DNA of 64,000 bases from Promethearchaeota archaeon Loki_b32 (GTDB taxonomy: Archaea > Asgardarchaeota > Lokiarchaeia > Sigyniarchaeales > SOKP01). Under the pieces are notes generated by a model. It was not told the DNA's origin. It ran no database searches and saw only the letters and a program-made list of their open reading frames with translations. Shown piece by piece: positions 19,697 to 29,383 of this stretch (positions within the stretch are counted from its first letter, which is position 1; each line of letters starts with the position of its first letter). The stretch lies in the NCBI GenBank assembly GCA_005223125.1, contig NJBH01000006.1:32001-96000 (forward strand), written 5' to 3'. Position numbers and translations under genes: made by a program.

Positions 19697-21052
19697 ATGA
19701 ATATCTTTTTACAATTATTTGTAATCTTCTGTTTTGGTATTGTTATTGTAGCACTTTTTCGTGAAAAGACTGATTTTTTAACTTATAGTGTAGTAGCTAT
19801 GCTAGCAGCAGCTACAGCTACATTCCTTTTTACTCCAGAGCCTTTTTCTATTGAAGAATTTATTTTAGCAATAGAATGGCCTGTTATTTTTTTCTTAATT
19901 TCTTTATTTACAATTGTTGTTATTTTAGAAGAACAGCTTATTTTTCAAGAAATTGCATTGAGAATAACAAAGAAATTCCATACAAACACCCGAAAGTTTT
20001 TTTGGGTAATTTGTTTAATTTCAACCTTAAGTGCGGCTTTTATTGAAGATGTTTCAGTGGCAATTATATTTATTCCTATGATTATTAGTACAAGTGAAAA
20101 AATGAGAATTAATCCTACACCAATACTTCTCGGAATGACAATATGTATTAATCTTGCCTCAACTCTGACCCCTTTTGGGTCAGCTGAGAATATTTTAATA
20201 GCAAATAGATTTAATCTTTCAGCAACCTGGTTTTTTAGGAATCTAGCAGTTTATTTTATTATCGGTACTTTACTAACTTTATTTCTTTTGGACTATTTTG
20301 TTCTCAGAAAGCATTTAAATGATATTTGGGTTCCCCATTGTGAGGAATATAATGAACCTCTAGAAAATCAACATATAGAAGAACATGAGTTAGTGATTCT
20401 TGAAGATTCAATTAATCATAAGGTTTTTTATCGTAATTTAGGGATGTTATTTATATTTTTTATATTGTTAATTATTATTCCAGATATCTTATTTGTTGGG
20501 CTTTTAGGAATGCTATTATTTGTATTTATTAATCCGCGTAGAGATGAAGCGGGTAAGAAGAAACCAGATATATCATATTATTTTACGAAAGTAGATTTTA
20601 AATTACCATTCTTTTTTATTAGTCTATTTGTTCTTGTATTTTGTTTTGAGAAAGTAGGTTTGATTAATATTATTGAACATTTCGTTATATCAATTACTCC
20701 AAGTAATCTGTTTTTATTAAGTATTTCAATATTAATTATTACATCACTTCTATCAGGCTTTCTCGATAATGTTCCAGTGACTGTTCTTTTCATACCGATT
20801 ATGCAAGTTTTAATAAGCACTGGTTTTTCATCAGTCCCGCTTTTAATTGCTTTCATTTTAGGGATAAATTTAGGTGGCAATTTTCTACCTCAGGGTAGTG
20901 CTGCAGATATGATGACATTAGATTTATCAACTAAATATTGTGTTGAAGGAATGAATTATAAGAAACTGTTAAAAATAGGAGGATTATTTGCCTTCTTGCA
21001 TATAATTTTAGGAATTGCATATCTTGCAATTATAATTTTTATATTCTTTTGA
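19697..21052 (+). CDS. ArsB/NhaD/SLC13-family (P-protein-like) permease
   Basis: About 11-12 TM; LTPFGSAEN, SGFLDNVP, NLGGNFLPQGSAA. Confidence 0.85.
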   Translation: MNIFLQLFVIFCFGIVIVALFREKTDFLTYSVVAMLAAATATFLFTPEPFSIEEFILAIEWPVIFFLISLFTIVVILEEQLIFQEIALRITKKFHTNTRKFFWVICLISTLSAAFIEDVSVAIIFIPMIISTSEKMRINPTPILLGMTICINLASTLTPFGSAENILIANRFNLSATWFFRNLAVYFIIGTLLTLFLLDYFVLRKHLNDIWVPHCEEYNEPLENQHIEEHELVILEDSINHKVFYRNLGMLFIFFILLIIIPDILFVGLLGMLLFVFINPRRDEAGKKKPDISYYFTKVDFKLPFFFISLFVLVFCFEKVGLINIIEHFVISITPSNLFLLSISILIITSLLSGFLDNVPVTVLFIPIMQVLISTGFSSVPLLIAFILGINLGGNFLPQGSAADMMTLDLSTKYCVEGMNYKKLLKIGGLFAFLHIILGIAYLAIIIFIFF

Positions 21053-21096
21053 GTTTAAATTATCCCTAGATGAAAAAAGGGTGAGTTTAATAAAAA

Positions 21097-21645
21097 ATGA
21101 CCAAAAATAAAGCAATTATTTTGGATAGGGATGGTGTGTTAATTGAAGATAAAGATTACGCTTATAAGATTGAAGATTTTGAATTGTTACCTGGTGTAAT
21201 TGATGGGTTAAAATTACTTAATAAAAAATTTCTCTTTTTTATAGTAACAAATCAATCAGGTATAGGGAGAGGCTATTATACTATTGAAGATTTCCATAAT
21301 TTTAATAATTATTTAATAGAGATATTAAAACAGAAAAAAATTGAAATTCTAAAAACTTATTTTTGTCCTCATATAAGAGAGGATAACTGTGATTGTAGGA
21401 AACCAAAAACAAAATTTGTTGATGAAATTACTAAGGAATTTAATGTTGACATGAAAAGATCATGGATGATTGGTGATCATCCATCAGACATACAGTTTGG
21501 AATAAATGCAGGTTGTAAAACAATTTTTCTCACTACTGGGCACGGTGACAAACACATTGATGAATTAGAAACAGTGAAAATTAAGCCAACCATGATATGT
21601 AATAATTTCTTTATAGCAGCAAAAGAAATTATGAGAAGGCTATAA
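21097..21645 (+). CDS. gmhB: HAD IIIA phosphatase, GmhB/HisB-N family
   Basis: LDRDG, TNQSGIGRG, CPH...CDCRKP, MIGD..SD. Confidence 0.85.
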   Translation: MTKNKAIILDRDGVLIEDKDYAYKIEDFELLPGVIDGLKLLNKKFLFFIVTNQSGIGRGYYTIEDFHNFNNYLIEILKQKKIEILKTYFCPHIREDNCDCRKPKTKFVDEITKEFNVDMKRSWMIGDHPSDIQFGINAGCKTIFLTTGHGDKHIDELETVKIKPTMICNNFFIAAKEIMRRL

Positions 21646-21795
21646 ATGAAGTAAATTTACTTTAGTGAATTGTTTGGTAATTAATTTTTATAATCGATAT
21701 TATAAAACTTACTATGACTTTCTAAACAAGAAAAAACAAAATCAGTTAATAATTAAAAAATAATAAGGAAAGAAAATTAAGATTGTTCTAAAATT

Positions 21796-22974
21796 TTAAG
21801 TACGTTTTTTTCCAAGGTAAGGCATTGCATGCTCATATCTTTTCATGACAAATCGAGAAATCACAATTCTTTGAATTTCACTTGTACCTTCATATATTTG
21901 GTATAATTTTGCATCTCTAAATAGTTTTTCAACAGGATATGTTCTCAAGTAACCATAGCCTCCAAAGATTTGTACTGCTTCTGTTGTAACGTTCATAGCA
22001 ACGTCCGAAGCAAAAGCTTTGGCTATTGCGGAACTCAAATTATTATCCATACCTTGATCAGCTTCCCAAGCTGCTTTATATGTTAATAAACGTGCGGCTT
22101 CAATATCTTTATACATATTGGCTATTTTTTCTTGAATTACTTGATAATTTCCAATTGGTCTTCCAAAAGTTTCTCTCTTTTGGGCATAATCGATAGAATA
22201 TTCCATTGCAGAACGAGCACATCCAACTGCAAATGCACCAATTGCTGGACGTGTGTGAGCAAAAGTTTGCATACCTAAGACAAATCCTCGTCCTGGTTTG
22301 GCAAGAACATTTTCTTTAGGGATTCTCACATCTTTTAAACCAATTGATACAGTATTTGATGATCTCTGACCTAATTTAGGAATATGCTTACCCAATTTTA
22401 CTCCTTCGTATTTAGTATCTACTATAAAAGCAGCAATCCCTTTATGTTTTTTCTCGGGATCAACCGTTGCAAATACAGTAATATAATCAGCATATCCCCC
22501 GTTAGTAATCCAAAACTTATTTCCATTTAATATGTATTCATCTCCATCTTTTTCTGCCTTACATTTCATTCCTGCGACGTCAGACCCCATCGTTGGTTCA
22601 GACGTTGCAAAAGCAATCAGTTTAAACTCATTAACTAATTCCGATAATATCCTTTGCTTTTGTTCTTCATTTCCACCAATAACTATTGGTTCAGCACCAA
22701 GATTATTATCAAAAATAGAAGTAGCAATACCTGGACATGCAGATGAGATTTCCTCAACGACAATACAGGAGTTTACTAAACCAAAACCAGGACCCCCATA
22801 CTGTTTAGGGATTCCTAAATTTAATAAATTTTCTTCCCAGGCTTTTTTTATAACAGGCAAAGGAAATTCTTCAGATTCATCATATTTCCTTGCAACTGGT
22901 AATACTTCTCTGATAGCAAACTCTCTTGCTTTTTTCTGTAGAGCCTTTTGTTCTTCTGAAAGTAAAAAATCCAT
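21796..22974 (-). CDS. Acyl-CoA dehydrogenase
   Basis: SEPTMGSD, LNGNKFWITNG, KLGQRSS, R.TFGRPI, GGYGY, IYEGTSEIQR. Confidence 0.95.
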   Translation of the reverse strand: MDFLLSEEQKALQKKAREFAIREVLPVARKYDESEEFPLPVIKKAWEENLLNLGIPKQYGGPGFGLVNSCIVVEEISSACPGIATSIFDNNLGAEPIVIGGNEEQKQRILSELVNEFKLIAFATSEPTMGSDVAGMKCKAEKDGDEYILNGNKFWITNGGYADYITVFATVDPEKKHKGIAAFIVDTKYEGVKLGKHIPKLGQRSSNTVSIGLKDVRIPKENVLAKPGRGFVLGMQTFAHTRPAIGAFAVGCARSAMEYSIDYAQKRETFGRPIGNYQVIQEKIANMYKDIEAARLLTYKAAWEADQGMDNNLSSAIAKAFASDVAMNVTTEAVQIFGGYGYLRTYPVEKLFRDAKLYQIYEGTSEIQRIVISRFVMKRYEHAMPYLGKKRT

Positions 22975-22978
22975 AATT

Positions 22979-24184
22979 TTAACCCATTTTTTTAATTAAT
23001 TTATCTACAATTTCCTTAAAGTTTAAATCCTCTGGTTTAGGAACAAACTTAATTTCTATAGTTTCTTCCATAACATCTATCTTAGCGGCTTTCATTTGTT
23101 CAACAATTTCTTTTACCGCACCTCCGCCCCATCCAAATGAACCAAATGCTAAGCCAACCTTATTCATAGGTTTTAAGCCCTTTTGATAAGATAAATATTC
23201 TGCTACAGTTGGATATAACCCGTTATTTAGGGTAGGACTTCCCACTAAGATAGCTCTTGTCTTCATAGCTTCTGTTATTACATCTGAATAATCAGCACTA
23301 GTTAATCTATACCTTTTTACCGAAATTCCTCTATGTTTTATCTCTTCTGTTAAGGCTTTAGCAATTTTAGCGGTACTCTCCCACATTGTGTCATAAACAA
23401 TTAGAACACTATTCTCATCAATTTCTCCTTTACACCATTTAGTATATTTTTCAATTATTTCTGGAATATGACTTCTCCAGCATATGCCATGAGATGTACA
23501 AATGATTTCAATTGGTAACGCTCCAACCTTGGGTAATGTTTTTACTATTAATCCAGAAAGATGAAGTAGAATATTAGCATAATACTTTTCTGCTTCTTGA
23601 AAAACCTCAGTTAAATCATTTTCATCATCCCAACGCTTAGATGTTGCATAATGTTGTCCAAAAGCATCATTTGAAAATAAGACATTTTTACCATTATCAT
23701 CTGTCATAAAGGAAACCATCGAATCAGGCCAGTGAATCATCGGTATAGGCACAAACGTAAATTTTTTACCATTACCTATCTCTAAAGTATCTCCTTCATT
23801 AACAGCTCTAATTTTATTAAACAATTCTTCTTCAACTTCCCCATGATAATGGGCTTTTAAAATATCAACTCCTCTCTTCGAAGCAATTAATTCTGCATTT
23901 GGTAGATGTTTAAGAATTAATGGAAATGAACCAGAATGATCCATCTCAACATGATCCATAATTAAGTAATCAATCTCAAAAGGATCGCACACATCTTTAA
24001 TGCTTTTTAGAAAATATTCAAAGTATGGACGCTTAACTGTATCAATTAGCACGGTTTTCTCTCCTTTTACAATATATGCATTATAAGAACTACCTCGATT
24101 AGTCGAGTACCCATGGAAATTCCTTACTTCCCAATCCACATAGCCAACATAATAGATGTCTTTCATCAATTCTAAATGTGTCAT
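22979..24184 (-). CDS. fprA: Flavodiiron protein (class A; O2/NO reductase)
   Basis: HVEMDHSG, HWPDSM, SNDAFGQH, SHG; flavodoxin domain YDTMWEST, GSPT, FGSFGWGG. Confidence 0.95.
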   Translation of the reverse strand: MTHLELMKDIYYVGYVDWEVRNFHGYSTNRGSSYNAYIVKGEKTVLIDTVKRPYFEYFLKSIKDVCDPFEIDYLIMDHVEMDHSGSFPLILKHLPNAELIASKRGVDILKAHYHGEVEEELFNKIRAVNEGDTLEIGNGKKFTFVPIPMIHWPDSMVSFMTDDNGKNVLFSNDAFGQHYATSKRWDDENDLTEVFQEAEKYYANILLHLSGLIVKTLPKVGALPIEIICTSHGICWRSHIPEIIEKYTKWCKGEIDENSVLIVYDTMWESTAKIAKALTEEIKHRGISVKRYRLTSADYSDVITEAMKTRAILVGSPTLNNGLYPTVAEYLSYQKGLKPMNKVGLAFGSFGWGGGAVKEIVEQMKAAKIDVMEETIEIKFVPKPEDLNFKEIVDKLIKKMG

Positions 24185-24328
24185 TTCAATTTCACCTCTA
24201 TTTATTAGGATTTAATTATTTCGTAATATTAATATAAATCAAGTTAAAAACTTATATTCTATTTAATATAAAATTTCTCAGAAATTAAGCAATAAAAAAA
24301 AAATTAAAAAGAAGTAAAATTTTTTTAG

Positions 24329-24466
24329 TTATTCAATTTTTTCAAACATATCCTTTCCTACACCACAGACTGGACAAGTCCAATCATCCGGTAAATCTTC
24401 AAATTTAGTTCCCTCAGCTTCCTCATCGTAGATATATCCACACGCGGTGCATTCCCATTTTCCCAA
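24329..24466 (-). CDS. Rubredoxin (45 aa, TTG start; not in ORF track)
   Basis: Hand translation [45 protein letters not shown]. Confidence 0.95.
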   Translation of the reverse strand: MGKWECTACGYIYDEEAEGTKFEDLPDDWTCPVCGVGKDMFEKIE

Positions 24467-24717
24467 ACTAAACACATCCTTATAATTTTAAATTGAAGTA
24501 ATTGACGTTATAGATTGAAATTGAAAATATATTAAATATATTAATTTAATATTTTATAAATTAATCCAATTAGATTTAAGAAGCAATGAACCAATTCAAA
24601 ATAATAATTAAAATCTGTTAAAAAAAATAAGGAATAAATAAAAAAAATTAGAGGTTAAGTTCTATAATTTTCTCTTGGTGTATCTTTTGCATCTATATAT
24701 TGAAAATTTTTATCAAC

Positions 24718-26070
24718 TTATTCATTATTTTTTTTCTTAAACTCTTCTTTAGGTCCTTTACAACCAGGACATTTGAAATCACCGGGTAGATCTTTAAAGA
24801 GGACTCCCATTTTAGATTCATCATATTCTTTTCCGCAATTGTTGCATATATAAGTATATAATTCTAATAACTTTTTCAACTCATCAATGTCTACATCTTG
24901 TTCCATCTTGCTGTATACATAAGACATAGCTTTATTTTCACCAAATAAGATAGCTCCTTTAAGTTTACTTTCTTTAAGAATTATTTTTTGATAACAACAA
25001 TCTTTTTTATCAGCTTTTTTCAAAATTTCCCAAGCGCCACCTTCTTCCTTTGAAGGATCTATAATCCCTATCGAAGTTAATTCTAATCCAACAATTTTGA
25101 GTGTACTTTTAGGAGTTGTTCCTTTATAATCAACTTTTTTTAATCCAAGTACAGAAGAAGCAACAATTTTTGATTGTTCCATACACGCTGGAATAATGCC
25201 CCAGATTTGATTTTTATATTCTATACAATCCCCAACAGCAAAGATATCTTTTTCGCTGGTTTCTAAAAATTTATTAACAATAATTCCCCTTTTTGTATCT
25301 AAATTTGCATCTTTAGCTAATTCATTCGTAGGCCTAATACCTGCTTGAATTAATATGATATCTCCTTTTATTATTTCCCCTCCTTTTAACATAATTCCAG
25401 ATACTGTTCCATTTCCTATTATCTCTTCAGTGGTAGCATCTAAAACAACTTTAATTCCTCTACTTTCAATTTCATTTCTTAACATTCCACCACATTCTAT
25501 ATCTAACTGTCTTGGCAATAAACGAGGGAAAAATTCTACAACTGTTGTGTTTAAATTGTTATTATTCATTTGATTTGCTAATTCTAACCCAAGCAATCCA
25601 CCACCAATTATGATTGCTTTTTTAGCATTTTTACTCTTAATAAAATCTTTTATCTCTAAAGCATCATCAATACTTCGTAAAGTAAATAAACCGGTCCTTT
25701 TATCTTTCATTTCAACAGCATTCTTAATAGGAGGAATATTGGGGGTACTTCCGAGAGCTAAAACAAGTTTATCATATGCAATAGGGTCATCTTTACCCTC
25801 AATTTGAATTGTTTTATTATTTGGATTGATTTTATTGATTTTTTTGTTTAAATGTAAATTTAACCGCTTGTTTTTATACCAATCTTCTTTAAAAACAATT
25901 AAATCATCAATAGTTACTTTTTCAGATATCAATTCTGGTAAATTGACTCTTGTATAGTAAGGATATTTCTCTTGTGTATATATATCGATTTTTACATCAT
26001 TATTGAGAGATCTTATATTTTGAGCAGTAAAAGTCCCAGCTACATTATTCCCTATTATTACAACTTTCAT
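24718..26070 (-). CDS. NAD(P)H:rubredoxin oxidoreductase-like flavoprotein with C-terminal rubredoxin domain
   Basis: GNNVAG, LALGS, GGGLLG, FAVGDC; C-terminal YICNNCG...DLPGDFKCPGC. Confidence 0.88.
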   Translation of the reverse strand: MKVVIIGNNVAGTFTAQNIRSLNNDVKIDIYTQEKYPYYTRVNLPELISEKVTIDDLIVFKEDWYKNKRLNLHLNKKINKINPNNKTIQIEGKDDPIAYDKLVLALGSTPNIPPIKNAVEMKDKRTGLFTLRSIDDALEIKDFIKSKNAKKAIIIGGGLLGLELANQMNNNNLNTTVVEFFPRLLPRQLDIECGGMLRNEIESRGIKVVLDATTEEIIGNGTVSGIMLKGGEIIKGDIILIQAGIRPTNELAKDANLDTKRGIIVNKFLETSEKDIFAVGDCIEYKNQIWGIIPACMEQSKIVASSVLGLKKVDYKGTTPKSTLKIVGLELTSIGIIDPSKEEGGAWEILKKADKKDCCYQKIILKESKLKGAILFGENKAMSYVYSKMEQDVDIDELKKLLELYTYICNNCGKEYDESKMGVLFKDLPGDFKCPGCKGPKEEFKKKNNE

Positions 26071-26266
26071 AGAATAACTAGTTTGTAGATCTTATTTTAA
26101 AGTTATTATTATATAATGTAATCTTTAAGGATAATCTCTATGTACCTGTACGAAATTATAATTATATTATAATCTATATACTCATTCATTGTAACAATAT
26201 CAAAAAAACAAAGGTTAAAAGTCCCTAAAATTAAGAAGTAATAAAAAAATAGAAATAATTAAAATT

Positions 26267-26653
26267 TTAATCAAGAAGTCTTTTTTCTCCTTTTAGAGTT
26301 TGTATTTTACTAATTTCTTGAGTTACTTCCAGTGTTCCTAAGTAATTTCCTTCACTATCTCTTACAGGAAAATATCGAATATATAAGAATAAATCGCCTA
26401 AAGGAATCCAAAACTCAGCAAAATCTCTTGTATTTTCTTTAAATCCCTTCAATATCTCATTTACCTTATCAAGGCTTTTAGGCGGATGACAATTTTGAAT
26501 TTTTTTTCCTATTACAGCTGGAGTTCGTTTAAAAATTCTCTTATCTCCTTTGCTATAATATTTTACTTTATCCTCTGCATCAATAAAAGACATTTCAAGA
26601 GGTAAAGTATCAATAATTAATTCTATTAACTCAATTGGTAAGTTTTCTAACAA
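26267..26653 (-). CDS. Stand-alone PAS domain protein (DUF438/PAS_10 type)
   Basis: LPLEMSFID, RIFKRT, NCHPPKS, YIRYFPVRD..G.YLGTLEVTQ. Confidence 0.85.
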   Translation of the reverse strand: MLENLPIELIELIIDTLPLEMSFIDAEDKVKYYSKGDKRIFKRTPAVIGKKIQNCHPPKSLDKVNEILKGFKENTRDFAEFWIPLGDLFLYIRYFPVRDSEGNYLGTLEVTQEISKIQTLKGEKRLLD

Positions 26654-26767
26654 TTCTTCTTCACTGGTATAATTATTAAGTTGATATAATTTAGTTTAGC
26701 ATTTTATATATTTTAAATGAACATGTTCGAAATTAAAATTATATAATCACTTCCATTTGATTTAATC

Positions 26768-27553
26768 ATGACTGAAGCAAAACAAAATAAAATAATAAAA
26801 AGAAAAATCATTGAGATTGATGAAGATCTTTGTACAGGATGCGGAAATTGTGTTGTAGATTGTGCAGAGGGAGCTTTAAAAGTAATCGATGGAAAAGCTA
26901 GGGTTGTAAATGAAGTTTTCTGCGATGGTCTCGGTGCTTGTATTTCTGGTTGCCCTGAAGGCGCACTTGAAATAATCGAAAGAGAAGCTTTAGAGTTTAA
27001 TGAGGAGGCTGTCGAGAAACATTTAGAGTCTATGAACCATAATGAACAGGTTGAAACGGAACAAATAAAGCAGATTGTTAATGAACATGCACATCAATGT
27101 GGGTGCCCTTCAGCTCAAACAATGATTTTTAATGAACCTGAGGTACAAACAGAAGTAGCGGGAAAGATTCCTTCAGCTCTACGACAGTGGCCTGTTCAAA
27201 TGCATTTAATCAATCCTCGAGCACCATATTATCAAGGGGCAGATGTATTGCTCGCGGCTGATTGTGTTGGTTTTTCCTATGGTGATTTTCATAGAGATTT
27301 CTTGAAAGAAAAGTCGATAGCGATTGCCTGTCCTAAACTTGACCAAGGGAAAGACATTTACATAGAAAAAATTAAATCCTTGATTGATGACGCGAAAATA
27401 AACACATTAACAGTTGTTATGATGGATGTTCCATGCTGTTCAGGCTTATTAGCTTTAGCTCAAGAAGGTGCAAAACGGGCAAGCAGAAAAGTTCCTATTA
27501 AATTCGTAGTTGTAGGCATACAAGGAAATATTATAAAAGAAGAATGGATATAA
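26768..27553 (+). CDS. 2x[4Fe-4S] ferredoxin-domain protein with Cys-rich C-terminal domain
   Basis: CTGCGNCVVDC, CDGLGACISGCP, GCP, LRQWPVQ, AADC, ACPKLD, VPCC. Confidence 0.85.
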   Translation: MTEAKQNKIIKRKIIEIDEDLCTGCGNCVVDCAEGALKVIDGKARVVNEVFCDGLGACISGCPEGALEIIEREALEFNEEAVEKHLESMNHNEQVETEQIKQIVNEHAHQCGCPSAQTMIFNEPEVQTEVAGKIPSALRQWPVQMHLINPRAPYYQGADVLLAADCVGFSYGDFHRDFLKEKSIAIACPKLDQGKDIYIEKIKSLIDDAKINTLTVVMMDVPCCSGLLALAQEGAKRASRKVPIKFVVVGIQGNIIKEEWI

Positions 27554-27575
27554 TTTTTTTATAATTTTTATTTAA

Positions 27576-28229
27576 TTATTTTTCGAATAAGACTTTCTTT
27601 TTAATGATTTTTCTAAGCATCACTGATAGTGCTGATTTAGATTTACCCATCTTGTTAGCTAATTCTTCTAGAGAAATTTTTCGAGGAATTTCAAAAAATC
27701 CTAAAGAGATTGCTTTATCAAGTATATTTGATTCATTATAAGTTAACTTGTTTTTATCATCTTCAATATTATATGGAGAAATTCCAATTCTGAGTAATTC
27801 AAATTTAATATTTTTCTGTTCAAAAATGGTTAATAATTGATCTATCCGATCTCTGCTTGATATTAACCTCCAATATGCAAATCCGTCTTCTACTCTTACT
27901 GGGAAGTCCACAAGAACTCCACATTTTATAATAGCATATAGCAAATAAGGATCTTTTGTTTTTACATTAAAAACTGCTTTATTTTCTTCCATTTCTAAAA
28001 TACTTAGCTCAAAAACAGAAGAATGATTTCTAATGACTTCTAATATAGAGTCTAAATTGTAATGTTTTATTTCAATTACGCTATTACCAATGGATCTCTC
28101 AAGATCATAGGGAAGAAAATGTGAAATTTCCATTTTTATATCAGGAAAGTGATTAAAAATTTCAGAGATCCATATTTGTTTTGGAAACTTAATCTTGATT
28201 CTTGCTAAACTCGCTTTACTTGAATCCAT
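27576..28229 (-). CDS. Bacterio-opsin-activator-type (HTH_10) transcription regulator
   Basis: C-terminal LT..E..IL..A...GFFEIPRKISLEELA..MG.SKS.LS..LRK. Confidence 0.85.
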   Translation of the reverse strand: MDSSKASLARIKIKFPKQIWISEIFNHFPDIKMEISHFLPYDLERSIGNSVIEIKHYNLDSILEVIRNHSSVFELSILEMEENKAVFNVKTKDPYLLYAIIKCGVLVDFPVRVEDGFAYWRLISSRDRIDQLLTIFEQKNIKFELLRIGISPYNIEDDKNKLTYNESNILDKAISLGFFEIPRKISLEELANKMGKSKSALSVMLRKIIKKKVLFEK

Positions 28230-28315
28230 CTTTAAATATTAGTATTTTAGCCTTTAAAACTTTTTTTTATTCAATAATGATTAATTATTAATAAAAACAA
28301 GTTAAATGCATTATT

Positions 28316-28918
28316 ATGGTAGAAAGAAAGAATCTTTTACTTGGAATTTGTGGAAGTCCTAGAAAACAGGGAACTGAATATGCGGTTCAATATGCCTTGA
28401 ACTATGCAGCGGAAAAATTTGAATTTGATACTGAGTTTTGGAGTGTCAGAAATAAACAAATTAACTTTTGTCTTCATTGTGATTATTGCATTCGAGAAAA
28501 AAAAGGGTGTGTTAGTAAAGATGACATGGAGGAGCTTTATAGCAAATTGGAAGAAGCTAAATTTCTTCTTTTTGGTACCCCAATTTTTCAAGGTAATTTA
28601 TCGGGTCAACTGAAAACTTTAATGGATCGCTGTCGTGCTATGATTGCTAAGAATCCGGATGTATTTAAAAACAAAATCGGGGCAGCTCTGGCAATTGGGG
28701 GAGATCGAAGTGGAGGACAAGAAATTGGAATCAGAAGTATTTTAGATTTCTTTCAGCAAAATCATGTAATAACTGTATCTGGTGGTGCTTTTGGAGCTAA
28801 TCTTGGTGCAAGCTTATGGAGTAGAGATATGGGAAAACAAGGTATCGAAGAAGACGAAGATGGTTTGAGAACAATCCGAAAAGTAATAAAAAGAATGGTA
28901 GAATTTAAAAAAAATTAA
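28316..28918 (+). CDS. Iron-sulfur flavoprotein (Isf) / flavodoxin-like FMN reductase
   Basis: GSPRK, CLHCDYC....C, DDM, GTP, GGDRSGGQE. Confidence 0.9.
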   Translation: MVERKNLLLGICGSPRKQGTEYAVQYALNYAAEKFEFDTEFWSVRNKQINFCLHCDYCIREKKGCVSKDDMEELYSKLEEAKFLLFGTPIFQGNLSGQLKTLMDRCRAMIAKNPDVFKNKIGAALAIGGDRSGGQEIGIRSILDFFQQNHVITVSGGAFGANLGASLWSRDMGKQGIEEDEDGLRTIRKVIKRMVEFKKN

Positions 28919-28931
28919 ATTTTAGAAATAA

Positions 28932-29228
28932 CTATTTAACTCCAAATAATTTCTTTGCTTCTTTCTCTCTAAGTCCGGAGATACCCCAGAGCTCCTTAAA
29001 CCAGTATTTTCCTTTATGTATAACAACAGGGGTATTCACAATACAGCCATCAGCGTCACAGAATGTCTTTAAGAAATTATCATCATGTAATAGCTCGTGT
29101 ACAAATTCCTCATCATTTATATCTCGTTCAATGTATCTAACGTTGCGTTCATTTAACCATTCTTTTAGTTCGTGGCATCTGTGGCAATTCTCCTTTGTTA
29201 TCACTAAGGGAGTCTTTGATTCAGCCAA
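28932..29228 (-). CDS. Glutaredoxin-like protein (CHRC)
   Basis: TKENCHRCHELKEWL, cis-Pro NTPV; extra CDADGC. Confidence 0.8.
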   Translation of the reverse strand: MAESKTPLVITKENCHRCHELKEWLNERNVRYIERDINDEEFVHELLHDDNFLKTFCDADGCIVNTPVVIHKGKYWFKELWGISGLREKEAKKLFGVK

Positions 29229-29383
29229 TTATTATCATCTCATTTTTATTGTTTCTTTAAAGGTTATCTTTAAAATAAATAAAAGGTATAAAAAATATTT
29301 AGATTCTAATTTATAAAAAAATTGATTATATTTTTTATTAGATATCTTAAAAAATTAATCAATGGTTTGATAATATAAAAAAA

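Noticed and set aside
22532-22999. Antisense/shadow ORFs in the track (also 815-1036, 16588-18060, 20578-20880, 35302-36129, 51167-51583, 57380-58039, 58688-59035, 62809-63174)
   Set aside because: They overlap well-supported genes and show no family motifs.
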